A stretch of DNA of 64,000 bases from Hydrolagus affinis. Its lineage: Eukaryota. The DNA lies in assembly GCA_012026655.1 (NCBI GenBank), contig JAAILG010000679.1, positions 1-64,000 of the forward strand, read 5' to 3'. A program made the position numbers and the translations under genes. Positions 1 to 10,510 of the stretch are shown one piece after another; position 1 is the first letter of the stretch, and every line of letters starts with the position of its first letter. Below the pieces are notes generated by a model, which saw only the letters and a program-made list of their open reading frames with translations, was not told the origin of the DNA and searched no databases.

Positions 1-334
1 ATAATAATCCTTGCATTTGATATAGCGCTTTCCACATCTTATCAACGTCTCAAAGCGCTTCACAGAATATACTGTAAGGTGAATTGACTGTATATATTTG
101 TGGGCGAATTGCGGCAGCCAATTGCACACAGCAGTGTCCCACACACAGTCGTGGATTGAAATGACCAATTTAATTATTGTGGTTTTTTTTGGAGGGATTA
201 TTATTAGGCGTGTGGAGTAAGGAAACTTGCCCAAGGTTTCGCCCTGACCTGCCTGGATTCGAACACAGGTCTCCCCAGCTTGGTCTCCCCAGCTTGCAAG
301 ACAAGTGCTCTAACCACTGAGCCACAGGAGCTCC
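1..334 (-). mobile_element. tRNA-derived SINE, young family, essentially full length: tRNA head, Deu-like core, L2-type tail
   Basis: Minus strand reads TGGCTCAGTGGTTAGAGC (A box), GTTCGAATCC (B box), core GTGGGACACTGCTGTGTGCAATTGGCTGCC, then tail AAGCGCTATATCAAATGCAAGGATTATTAT. Has an internal 14-bp tandem duplication at 268-295. Confidence 0.92.
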
Positions 335-756
335 ACAAAGTTGAATTCTTATAAGGCAGACGAGATTTAATAACTTGTAGATGCTACATATGCACTTACG
401 CAAATATGAGCTGTAAGCAATTAAAGTATTAACAATAATGATAAATTGCATATATACAGCGCCTTTCCTATGATGTCGGATAGTTCAGGGTTTGCATCCG
501 AGTTGGGGGCGAGGGGGAAGTTGCGCAATCAAAAAGGATTTGGGATGGGCCTTGATGGAGGCAGGGAAGGGGCAAGAGGCAAATGGACTTCCAGAGATTG
601 GGGACAGAAAGCCGCAATAAAAAAAGTAATAAAGGAAATTCAAACAGACATCTAACCCGTGGAATGTTTAAGCAATAACAACAAAATTACAATCAGCAAT
701 ATACATTTCTTGACATTCTGTTTTAGAAAAAGTACATTCAGATATGATTTGCTTAC

Positions 757-904
757 CTCAGAAGATAATTGACCCAGATGACAATCTTCTCATTAGCATT
801 TTTTCCATTGATGGCAATAGTAGCACAGGACTGAATCCAAATATAACCTCCACTTTTCTGTAGCCAGCGATAGTACTTAGTTACACATTGGCCCTTATTT
901 ATTA
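757..904 (-). CDS. NPAS3: NPAS3 internal coding exon, 148 bp (PAS-B/PAC): (L)[48 protein letters not shown](S)
   Basis: Acceptor gtttag|TA ATA AAT, donor CTG AG|gtaagc. Contains the [23 protein letters not shown] PAC motif. Phase 1 to 2. Confidence 0.97.
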
Positions 905-1189
905 CTAAACAAAAGAGATCAATTTCTATTAACAAGAGTAGTGATGTATAGGGACATTTATAGTTATCTATATTATACCAACCATGTTATTTCCTGGCCC
1001 CTGGACCTGTTCATGTCTGAGACAGTGAACTGATAATCTACATGTCTGCTAGGTTCACGCAAACTATTATGACATGCACAGGATCAGTGCTCAGTGACTT
1101 GCCATTTGATATGTCCCCATTCTCTGTAAGAAAGAGCGAACCCTGAACTCAGCAGTTCTTTGATAGCAGGTCTGAGGTAAGCAAGTTGC

Positions 1190-1330
1190 CAAACTATTAC
1201 CCTCAGATATGGCAACAGGACAAGATGGCATTGGTTCTAGGATACGAAGAGTAAAATTAAGGACAAACACTAGGAAGTGCTTTTTTTTACAAAATGGGTT
1301 TCAGGAAAGGCAGTGGAAGCCAGATCTCTG
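1190..1330 (+). mobile_element. Degraded CR1 LINE ORF2 3' fragment
   Basis: Resembles the KLFP...TRGH...RK.FFTQRV coding region seen in the better-preserved copy at 5860-6270. Confidence 0.45.
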
Positions 1331-3116
1331 AATTTCACATAACCTAATGTAGTAATGAAAATTTAGTAGGGTGGGTATTGGGGAAGAGCCTTTTTCATCA
1401 CATATCTTGAGTGATCTTGTGATATAATCAGAGACTGAGTCTCATCCTACCACTCCACACTATAATGTGTCACAGCATTCACCGAAGAACACTGAGCATC
1501 TTAACCATACAGGAAGTTTACTATTTCTAATCCTATAGCTACATGTTGTACGAATACAGTTGATAAATGTTTAATCATTAGGCTTTCATCTGTAATCTGT
1601 AGTGCGTTTAATGGTAACCAGATGTAGTATGGGACTGTTTTACAAGGAACATTGGTAGAGAAATTGACCTTAAATGCACTTTTTGATGGCTTCTGTCATG
1701 TTGCTAAATGTACTTAAGCAGCATTTAATGTGAGAAGTCTTCCTAGAAGAAAGCTACAATCCATTTAAAGCACTCATTGCAGATTTCCACAAAGGTTCTC
1801 CTTACAAACCTTGACCACAAGAGGGGGTGCATTTATCTCCCTTGCCTATCACTCCAGGAGCTCGGTGCAATGTACGTATAACTACATTACTGGCAAAAAT
1901 GAAAAAAATCTAATTACAGTAATAAATCTGGATATTTTAGCTGTAAAATGGTTTTGTCAACTGATAGATATTTCCATTAATCATTTGCATCCATAAACTA
2001 GAACAAGATGGAGTGTTTTAGAACAGCATATTTCATTTGTCAGTACGTTCAATCTGTCTGTTTAATTGCAGCTAATAAGTGTTAAATGTATAACTACTGC
2101 AGAGACTTTTAAACTCATCTTTCGTAATGATTTTCAAGAAAACAATTTGGTTAATCCTCTGTGTTGCGAGCCAATGAAATAATGTATTAGCTACACACAG
2201 CTATAGCAATAACTGAGCGTTATACGTTACTGGTTTACAGCAAGCAAACATGCCTTAGAAATAAATTATTTTCCACATTCTCAGTAAATTAAGGGTACAT
2301 TCATACTTACTGCTCTATGTGCAGTTTCATGTCCCAATGGCTAATTTTTAACATGTTAGCAAAATGTCTTGTAGCTTGCAGTTTTCAGCACAACCAATCA
2401 AAAGAGGATGCTAACAGCTTTAGCTCACATCGAGCCTCTGCACCACTTTGTATTTCATGTGAACACTGCGAATGCAATCTTGCTTTTGGTGTAGGGCTAC
2501 AAAAAATACACCTACAGTAATTGCTTAAAGGACTAATCCAGGCTCACAACTCAGATAACTACATTCCTTAACATAATGAAAGGCACCTAGCCTTCCATTC
2601 AACTCCAAACTTTGCTAAATTTAAACATTTTTGTTTCTATGCATTAAACCTTCCATTGGTGTAGACATTTCAAAGAATTACCATGCTTTCTTCTGTGGAT
2701 TCACTGAAGGTCTGCTACAATATTACTTACAACTTCAAAACAATAGAGCACTTATATAACCTTCAGGTGTTACATAAGGAATGTCTCGAGGAGCTTTACA
2801 AAGACTGAGTGGGTGGCCAAATGGGTAAAGAGATAAATCTTTAGATAGGTTTTGAAAGCATCTTCAAAAATGCTATCACCTCATCTTTCAAAAGAGTTTG
2901 TACAAGAGTGAATAAAAAGGACTATATGGAGAACGAGTGGAAAGTAGGATTGAGAGGACAAATGATCTCTTGCTGTGATGTGCAGAGATATGATTTATAT
3001 AATTCCCTGAAACACTGATGTTACCTCCAGTGTGGGCTTCCTATATGTTCTAAAAAATGCAGCAAGTGATGACATACTGACCTGGCAATCTGGAAGTTAA
3101 TATTGGTAATTATATA

Positions 3117-3308
3117 ATAATGCTTGCATTTTACATAGTGCCTGATGACATCTTCAAGACATCTTAAAAGTGCTTCACGGAAGCACTTTTATAAAATGAA
3201 TTAACTGTATATTTTGTGGGCAAAATGCGGCAGCCAATTGCGTACAGCAGTGTCCCACAAATCATCATGGTTTGAGTGACCTATTTATTTATTGAAGGGA
3301 TTATTACC
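3117..3308 (-). mobile_element. SINE, headless (core plus tail)
   Basis: Reverse complement of the core and tail of the SINE family at 1-334 and 3327-3634. Confidence 0.85.
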
Positions 3309-3326
3309 CCCCCTGAAAAGCCATCT

Positions 3327-3634
3327 GGAGTCCTATAACTCAAGTGGTTAGAGCACTTGTCTTACAAGCGAGAAACCTGGTTCAATTTCAGGCTGGTTCA
3401 AACCTTGGGCAAGTTTCCTTACTCCACACACCTGATAATAATCCCTCGAAAAAAAACAATAATAAATTGGTCATTTCAACCACGACTGTTTGTGGGACAC
3501 TGCTGTGCGCAATTGGCTGCCGCGTTTCGCCCAAATATATATAGTCAATTCACTTTACAGTACTGTGTATTCTGTGACGCACTTTGAGATGTCTAGAAGA
3601 TGTGAAAAGCGCTATAGCAATTGCAAGAATTATT
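3327..3634 (+). mobile_element. tRNA-derived SINE, full length
   Basis: GTGGTTAGAGCACTTGTCTTACAAG head, CCTTGGGCAAGTTTCCTTACTCCAC segment, Deu-like core and AAGCGCTATAGCAATTGCAAG tail. Confidence 0.92.
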
Positions 3635-3664
3635 CTTGTTTTTATTCTTATCTGTCAATGGACT

Positions 3665-3797
3665 AATAACCAGGTTCCTACTTACTGCACTTCTAAGTAA
3701 ACAGGGGTGTATGGAGTAAGGAAACTTGCCCAATGCTTCGCCCTGCTGAGAATCGAACCTGGGTCCTCTCGTTTGTGCGGCGAGCTCCAACCTCTAG
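3665..3797 (-). mobile_element. tRNA-headed SINE 5' part with a different body
   Basis: Minus strand: GGTTCGATTC B box, then TTGGGCAAGTTTCCTTACTCCATACAC, then CCCTGTTTACTTAGAAGTGCAGTAAGTAGGAACCTGG instead of the Deu core. Confidence 0.75.
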
Positions 3798-5262
3798 TAA
3801 CCTGTTAAATTAACCAGTGCATAGGCAGCTGGCCAGCCTACACGCGTAAACTAACATAGGGCTTTAGAAGCAAGCCTGCTTTACAAGTTTGATCTTTATT
3901 TCAGGGTTCTACTGTAGGTACATTGGTTATCTCTACATCATGACACATTGTAATACTAATCTATAATTGCATTGCTGAATGTGCGCCCACATGTTAGTAA
4001 ACACCAGATGCGCAGGGACTGTGATCTATCTGTCTAAATTTATGTTTGTATCCCTTCAGAATTCATTTCCCTGCAATGTGTGCAGAATGAAAATGATGAT
4101 TAAAAGCTTTGTGCATGTGCTTGACACCATACCTGTGGGTAGCATTAATTATAACCCAAATTCAAGCAATCATTGGAACTACAGAGCAAAAACTATTTTC
4201 CAGTCATAGAACAAGTCAAAAAGGTTTGTAAATGGAAGAACACTGTTTGCCAGGTTACTGCTCACTGAAGCTTGTTAATATTTTCTGTGGCCATTTGTTA
4301 TTCGAGTTAACAAGAACCACACAGTACTGTGCATGGCATTTCTTTAACCTTTAAAATACTGTTGAACCATGTCTTTCATCTGAGAGGTGCAACACTTAGT
4401 TGCAGGCTCTTCCCACAAATGCTGAGAGTTATTTTCTCTTCTTCAGCCACTGGTCCGGAGTGCCAGGCAAGGGTGACCTTCTTTCCAGACACTATTAAAC
4501 CTGCTCTGCAGCCAATAGCTATGATCTACATGAGGATAGTGAAGCTCATCTGCCCTTCCTGTCTGCGGTAACTCTGTCTTCTGCTTGGCTCTTCTCTCCC
4601 CACCCTCACCCCCACCTTCAGAAAAACCTGGCACGTGTTCAATTAGTGTATACGCTACGTACAAATACTCAGCCACACTCAATGCACCAAAATGCTGCTG
4701 CACTGAGCTGCCTCCCTCAATTACATATTTTTTCACAACCATTCATATTACCGGTGTGTGTGAGATTAAGTTTGTGAGCATCTTTCACAAGTCATTAGTA
4801 AACTTTGGGAATTATTTGAAAAACTATATTCAGGTTTGCTTCTCCGTGCTTTAGGGTCACTGAGTCTTGTGGTCCCTTCACCATTTAAAGAAGGTAACCC
4901 GAAAGCTTTTATCCAGTTCACCCTCTTTTCCTTTAATACTGCAAGCCCCTAACTCTGCTTGGTGCATTCTCCAGGGCAAGGGAAGATTTGGATTTACAGT
5001 GCTGGGACCAAACACACATCATACAATTCCTTGGCACAACATGTTGGTGCACTAATGTTAAATGCAGCGGTGTTATTGTTGCTCTTTCAATAAAAGCCAA
5101 TGCTAATATGTTGCATCTTTTCGAATGGTTGTTGGCTCTGAATTTAGACAAATAGAAATGTCTATTTTCAACCAACTATCTTTGTTATATATTTGTACAC
5201 AAAGGTACGTGCCCTTTGAAAGCTTAGCTTGATGGCGTTCCAGTAGTTACTCATATACTCAC

Positions 5263-5369
5263 AATCCAAGTGGCAATGCCTGATCGCTTCTACATCTTCA
5301 GCATGAATGAACTGATAACATCTTTTACCCACAATATCGACAGGAGTTAGGTCCATGTAGTCACTTATC
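5263..5369 (-). CDS. NPAS3: NPAS3 internal coding exon, 107 bp (PAS-B): (R)[35 protein letters not shown](L)
   Basis: Acceptor ctgtag|G ATA AGT, donor GAT T|gtgagt. Phase 2 to 1. Confidence 0.97.
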
Positions 5370-5859
5370 CTACAGGTGGCAGAAGTATAAAATGATAAAT
5401 TAATCAACAGTAAGACATAAAAAAAATCCTTATGTGTAATACATTAAAATTGTTTGGAAATACAGTGACTTAAAATAAAATGTTTGCACTAAAACTCCAA
5501 ACTTTACAAATGGAAATGTTTAAATGTCTAATTAGTTTTGATAGTGTAGGAATATTTCTACTGCTGGTGGATCAATAACAAGTGGTATAAACTGAAAACT
5601 ATTGTTGAAGCATAAAGGGAACCACAATAATAACAATTTGCATTTATGTAGCATCTTTGACACCGTGAGACGTCTCAAAGCACTTCACATAACTGAGATC
5701 CTGAGCATAGGTGTTGAGGTGGGTGGGTTTTGAAGGAGAAAAGGGAGCGTTTTGAAGGTGGGAAAGGAGAGAGCAAGGCTACAGAATTATGGATCACCTG
5801 AAATTTATGCTGGAAGAAGCTCAGGAGGTCAGTCAGCAGGGCATTTCAGTAAAAGGGAA

Positions 5860-6270
5860 TGTTTAGAAGAAACTAGACCATTTACACAGTGGATTACTTT
5901 GTGATCTGATTGAGGTTTTCAAAGAAATAAAGTGATTTGATAGGGTAGATCCAGAGAAACTATTTCCTCTGGTGGGGGCATCCAGAACAGTAGAGCATAA
6001 TATTAAAATTAGAGCTTGGGCATTTAGCAGTGAAGCTAGTAGGCAATTGTTCACCAAAGTGTACTGGAAATCAGGAACTCTCTGATTGTGAATGCTGGAT
6101 CCATTCATATCTTCAAGACTGAGGAGGATAGATATATGTTAGGTTCGGGTATCAAGGGGTACGGGGCTACAGCAGGTAATTGGAACCAAGGTACAGATCA
6201 GCCATGAGCTAATAGAATGGCGGAACAGGCTTGAGATGCTGAATGCCTATTCCTACTCCTATGTTTGTAT
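5860..6270 (+). mobile_element. CR1 LINE 3' end (ORF2 C-terminus plus 3'UTR)
   Basis: Degenerate DLIEVFK...FDRVDPEKLFPLVG coding remnant, followed by the typical shark CR1 3'UTR GATCAGCCATGA..GAATGGCGGAACAGGCTTGAG..CCTACTCCTATGT. Confidence 0.88.
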
Positions 6271-6314
6271 TATCATAAAGGACATGTTTATACAAGAATG
6301 TAAAGTCCACTTAC

Positions 6315-6508
6315 CGGTTTTCACAGTAAACAATATTGAGGTCCAAATTCACTTTGGTGACAAACATTTGGCAGTCAATCCTGACTTCATTAATAGTTGG
6401 AGGAGGCAGAGCCTGAGCCATAACTACGAGACCCATGATCTGTGTAGGCAGCACACGTCCATGAGAGAGAGAAACTCTCAAGCGCATCCGTGCAGTTATA
6501 TGAATGAC
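6315..6508 (-). CDS. NPAS3: NPAS3 internal coding exon, 194 bp: [64 protein letters not shown](R)
   Basis: Acceptor tttcag|GTC ATT, donor AAC CG|gtaagt. Encodes the end of PAS-A, the linker and the start of PAS-B. Phase 0 to 2. Confidence 0.97.
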
Positions 6509-7266
6509 CTGAAATAGAATGACAAAGCCAGGGACGTACATTTTAGTGATCTACCAGCTCACCACTGTTCACCAGTGTAGTAATTTTAGATGCATTACTC
6601 GAAGGAAAAGAGCAAAATAAATTTATTTTCTCGTAATGAATAAACAATATGAAAACTATTCCTATAGCCAAGAGTAAATGGTTAGGGATTTGTTGTCAAT
6701 AATTCTAGATACAGTTCTAGACGATGTGAAAGGCGCTATACAAATGTAATTTTGTTCTTGTTTTTGAGGTAAGAATGAAAACATACTTTTCAGTCAACTA
6801 TTTCATTCCATTTTGTAGGTGCACATGTAGGGCCTGTATTCATCACTTATATCATGAACAATAAGCCCTTATTCCACTCCTCTTTGTTGAATTAGGATGC
6901 TGTTTGTTTTCATTTTGAATGCTTTAACTGTCTGCATTGACTGAACTTGTGTTCTTTAGATGCTGAGAGTGCAACACATGCTCAGCTCAAAATGAAATAA
7001 AAGGATTTATGTCTGCAAATCCAATTAAAACTAACAACTACTGTACTTAAAATATACTGTGTGTAATACATTTCTTAGTCAATCTACTTCTCAACAAATT
7101 CCTAGTAATACGATCGATCGTGTGATGTAGGGGATGAGAGTAGCAATGGTGGCAACCAATCTTAATCTGCCATATTGTCGTATCACTGTCACGTTATTAC
7201 CATTTTAACTCAGGCAGTCCTCTGTAATACGATAATGAGTAACAGATCTCTGGCAGTGAATTAAAG

Positions 7267-7823
7267 TCATTAATTCTGTGAATTCAATGGCTGAATCACT
7301 AAGCTTTGATCTCCTCAATGCACCTTCAATGGATCAATTATACACTTATTTTATCCAATTCCTCAACGATACAGTTGCTTCATGTTTCTCACAAGTCTGA
7401 CTAACACCTACGACTTCTTACCTTTGAAGGCTCCATTCTTAATCCCTCTTCACCTATCAATAATGGGCCTCACTATCTGATCTCCAGATTTCCTCCATGT
7501 AGCTTGGTTTCATCTTTTTTGCTGAACATTTCTTTCCCCTCAATAACTCTTAACTCACTTTGCAACCCAAGTTTTCTACTGCTCCCATATCTGTGGAGGC
7601 TCTGCTAGCATTTTCCTGGTCATCTTGGGACATCAATACAGAGAAGGCTTGTCGTCTGATACCTGATGTTTTCCTCATTGCTGACCTTTATTTTCTGTTA
7701 TTGAATTCTTCCCTATATTTCTCTACTTTCATTAATTCTGTGAATTCAATGGCTGAATCACTAAGCTTTGATCTCCTCAATGCACCTTCAATAGATCAAT
7801 TATACATTTATTTTATCCAATTC
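7267..7823. repeat. 95-bp direct repeat pair (7267-7361 and 7729-7823, 2 mismatches) separated by 367 bp
   Basis: TCATTAATTCTGTGAATTCAATGGCTGAATCACTAAGCTTTGATCTCCTCAATGCACCTTCAAT(G/A)GATCAATTATACA(C/T)TTATTTTATCCAATTC occurs twice. Confidence 0.95.
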
Positions 7824-9483
7824 TTTTTTGATACTACTTTTAAAAAGCTAGCAAATACACAATGAGCCGAATAGACCTTCTTCTGTGCTGCAAGTTTCTA
7901 TGATTCGACTATTGTCAGTGCTTTCCTTGTTTGTTATCTTCCATGTTGTTCATCCTCACTGTGTTATAATTCCAATTTATCACATTGTTGCCTATTTTAA
8001 CTATACGGAATCTCAACTCCTTCCCTCAGACATTCCTTCCTCCTAGTTCATAGGCATTTCACACCCAAGAATAATGTAACCTATCCACTTGTTTTTTTCA
8101 ACTCAACTGTAGTTCAAAATACTTCATTGTGGGACCTAGCACTTGACATGAATCATATTTATAATGAAACGTAATTCTGTTGTTTTATTGTCATAAACCA
8201 TTATTTTGCAGTTTAAAACATCAGCAACCCTGCACAATTGAATTACTGTCTTGAGATTCACTGGCAGTCATCTATTATCCTGTATTTATTTTCTGTTACT
8301 TATGCAAAGACAATAAGCTCTTTGCAATAAATATTTATTATTTGTTCAACAAAAAATGTCATTTCTTTATTACAATATATGGTTTAAAACATTTCTGGTT
8401 CACTTTTTATTTAAATAAAAACTGGTTAAGTATTCTTTCCTTAGTTGTTATTTTCTTGTTCTTCCTTATCATTTTCTCCTCTCCAGTCTTAAAGATGCTA
8501 ACTCTGGCAGAAGTTCAATTCCACAAGCGAACTAAATATGTTTGTGTCTATGCAATTGTGTGAGTGAGAGGGAGTTTGCCAGAGGTGAGTGTTACCTGGC
8601 CGGGGTTGAATTTGTGTGGATGGCATGAAATGCAGTATTAGCAAAACTAGCTGTAACATTTCAGAATCAAATTGCATTTGTATTTTAGAATACTCCATTT
8701 TCAAAAATCAACATTTAAAAAAATTATTTGAAATTTAAAAAAATTGTAAGACTGTTGTTTGAAGTAATTCAGTGCAAAGATGAGCCTTATATATGCATTG
8801 CTTCAAGACTGCTCTTGGCAAAAACATCACAAGTAGCAGAAAAACTTGAATATGCCCGAACAGACTGATATCAGAAACCCACGTGAGGCAAAGAACAAAA
8901 AAGAATATCTCAATTTAATAGAAGCCTACATATGAAGGGATCAATTTTTATAATTCATGGTTCAGCAAACAATATAGTTCTCCTCAGAGTGAATATTGAG
9001 TAGACATACATAAGAAATAAGAATTATCAATTCTTAGGGAATCTCCAGAGTGCTTTTGATATGTGATACAGCCAACATAATGACTGAAAACTTACATCAG
9101 TGCATTAAACAAGATCAAATTGAGATCCGGTTACAAAGGCAGGCTTAAGCTAGTAAAAGAATCTCTTTGATATGAACCCCAGAGTAAAATGCTTGTGTAA
9201 TCACTTACCCAGGATAATCTGTTTTCATCTTGCATGTGTGCAAGTGTGTGCCTCAGTGTCACTTTTGTAAATGTCAAACCCACAATGCATTTTTCTCTCA
9301 GGGTTGGTCAATGTTAGAAGTATGATAGAAACTTGCCTGGGTGCGCAAAGCTTCACCTGAGACCTGGACCAACCTTTGCTTGGAAAGAAGGACACCCTTT
9401 ACTGTCTTTCATTGTCTCACAATACTATTGGCTTATCAGGGGTAAAAATACAATCGTAGAAGTCCCATAAATAAAATAAATGA

Positions 9484-9790
9484 GGCATCTTTCGGATGAG
9501 ACATTAAAACCAGGGTCCTGTCTGTCTGTTCAGGTAGATGTTAAAGATCCCATGGCATTATTCGAAAAGAGAAGAGAGTATTTCCGGTGTCCTGGCCAAC
9601 AATCCTCCCAATAAAATTGGTCATTTGTTTCATAGCTTTTGTGAGACATTACTATGTATAATTGTGCTGCTGCAATCCATCTACAATACACAATCATTCC
9701 ATTTCACAATAAATCCTGCGAAGTGCTTTGAGACATCCTTCTTACGTTATAAGACGCTATACCAAATGCAAAGATTATTCTTTAATATTA
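9484..9790 (+). mobile_element. DeuSINE (long Deu domain, AmnSINE1/SacSINE1-like), headless
   Basis: TCTTTCGGATGAGACATTAAAACC..GTTAAAGATCCCATGGCATTATTCGAA..GGTGTCCTGGCCAA Deu-domain signature plus L2-type tail. Confidence 0.85.
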
Positions 9791-10239
9791 TTTTCGTGCG
9801 TTGGTTTTGAGGCAAAGAAACAAGTTACAGGTGCCAAATACTGTACCATTCTATTTTTAATTATCTCCTGCCTAAGATGTGAACAAGTCATTACCATCTT
9901 TCCAGGTACCCTCATATATCAGTACTGCACTGTTAATTAACTCCAGTCACAAAACAATATAAAGAAATGCCTGACATAGAATATGTCACACCCGAAAACA
10001 CATCAAAAATGTCTCCCATTGTAACGTGACAGCTATTTGTGAGTTAATGCAAGTTGTGGTTAGTAAATTGATCTTATCTTTTAGTTTGCGGTATTGCATC
10101 AAGATTGCATTCAAATAAATTAAGCAACCAGATGTTTAAAGAGGTGCAGGATATAATCAACTGTTCAATATTCAATGTATATTGCTGTTCATTAAGGAAT
10201 GCTGGGTTATTTTAATTGCATAACATTGGTTTTGCTGCT

Positions 10240-10510
10240 CTCCTTCCCCCTACCCTGACCCCTCCCCTTGCCATCTTTACCCCCTAACCCCACTTCCACG
10301 GCTGTTTGTGGGACACTGCTGTGCGCAATTTGGCTGCCGCGTTTCGCTCACTAATATCCAGTCAATTCTCCTACTCTCCTTCATCCTGCCCCGACCCCTC
10401 CCACCCGTTCTTATCCCTACCTGACTGTACAGCACCTTGGGACGTTCTCTCGAAGTGAAAGGCGCTATATAAATGTAAGTTTGGATTGACTGTTTGATTG
10501 ATTGATTGGG
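10240..10510 (+). mobile_element. L2-like 3'UTR / SINE chimera with Deu core between C-rich tracts
   Basis: C-rich tract, GGCTGTTTGTGGGACACTGCTGTGCGCAATTTGGCTGCC, second C-rich tract, tail CAGCACCTTGGGACGTT..AAAGGCGCTATATAAATGTAAG, then (GATT)n. Confidence 0.75.
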
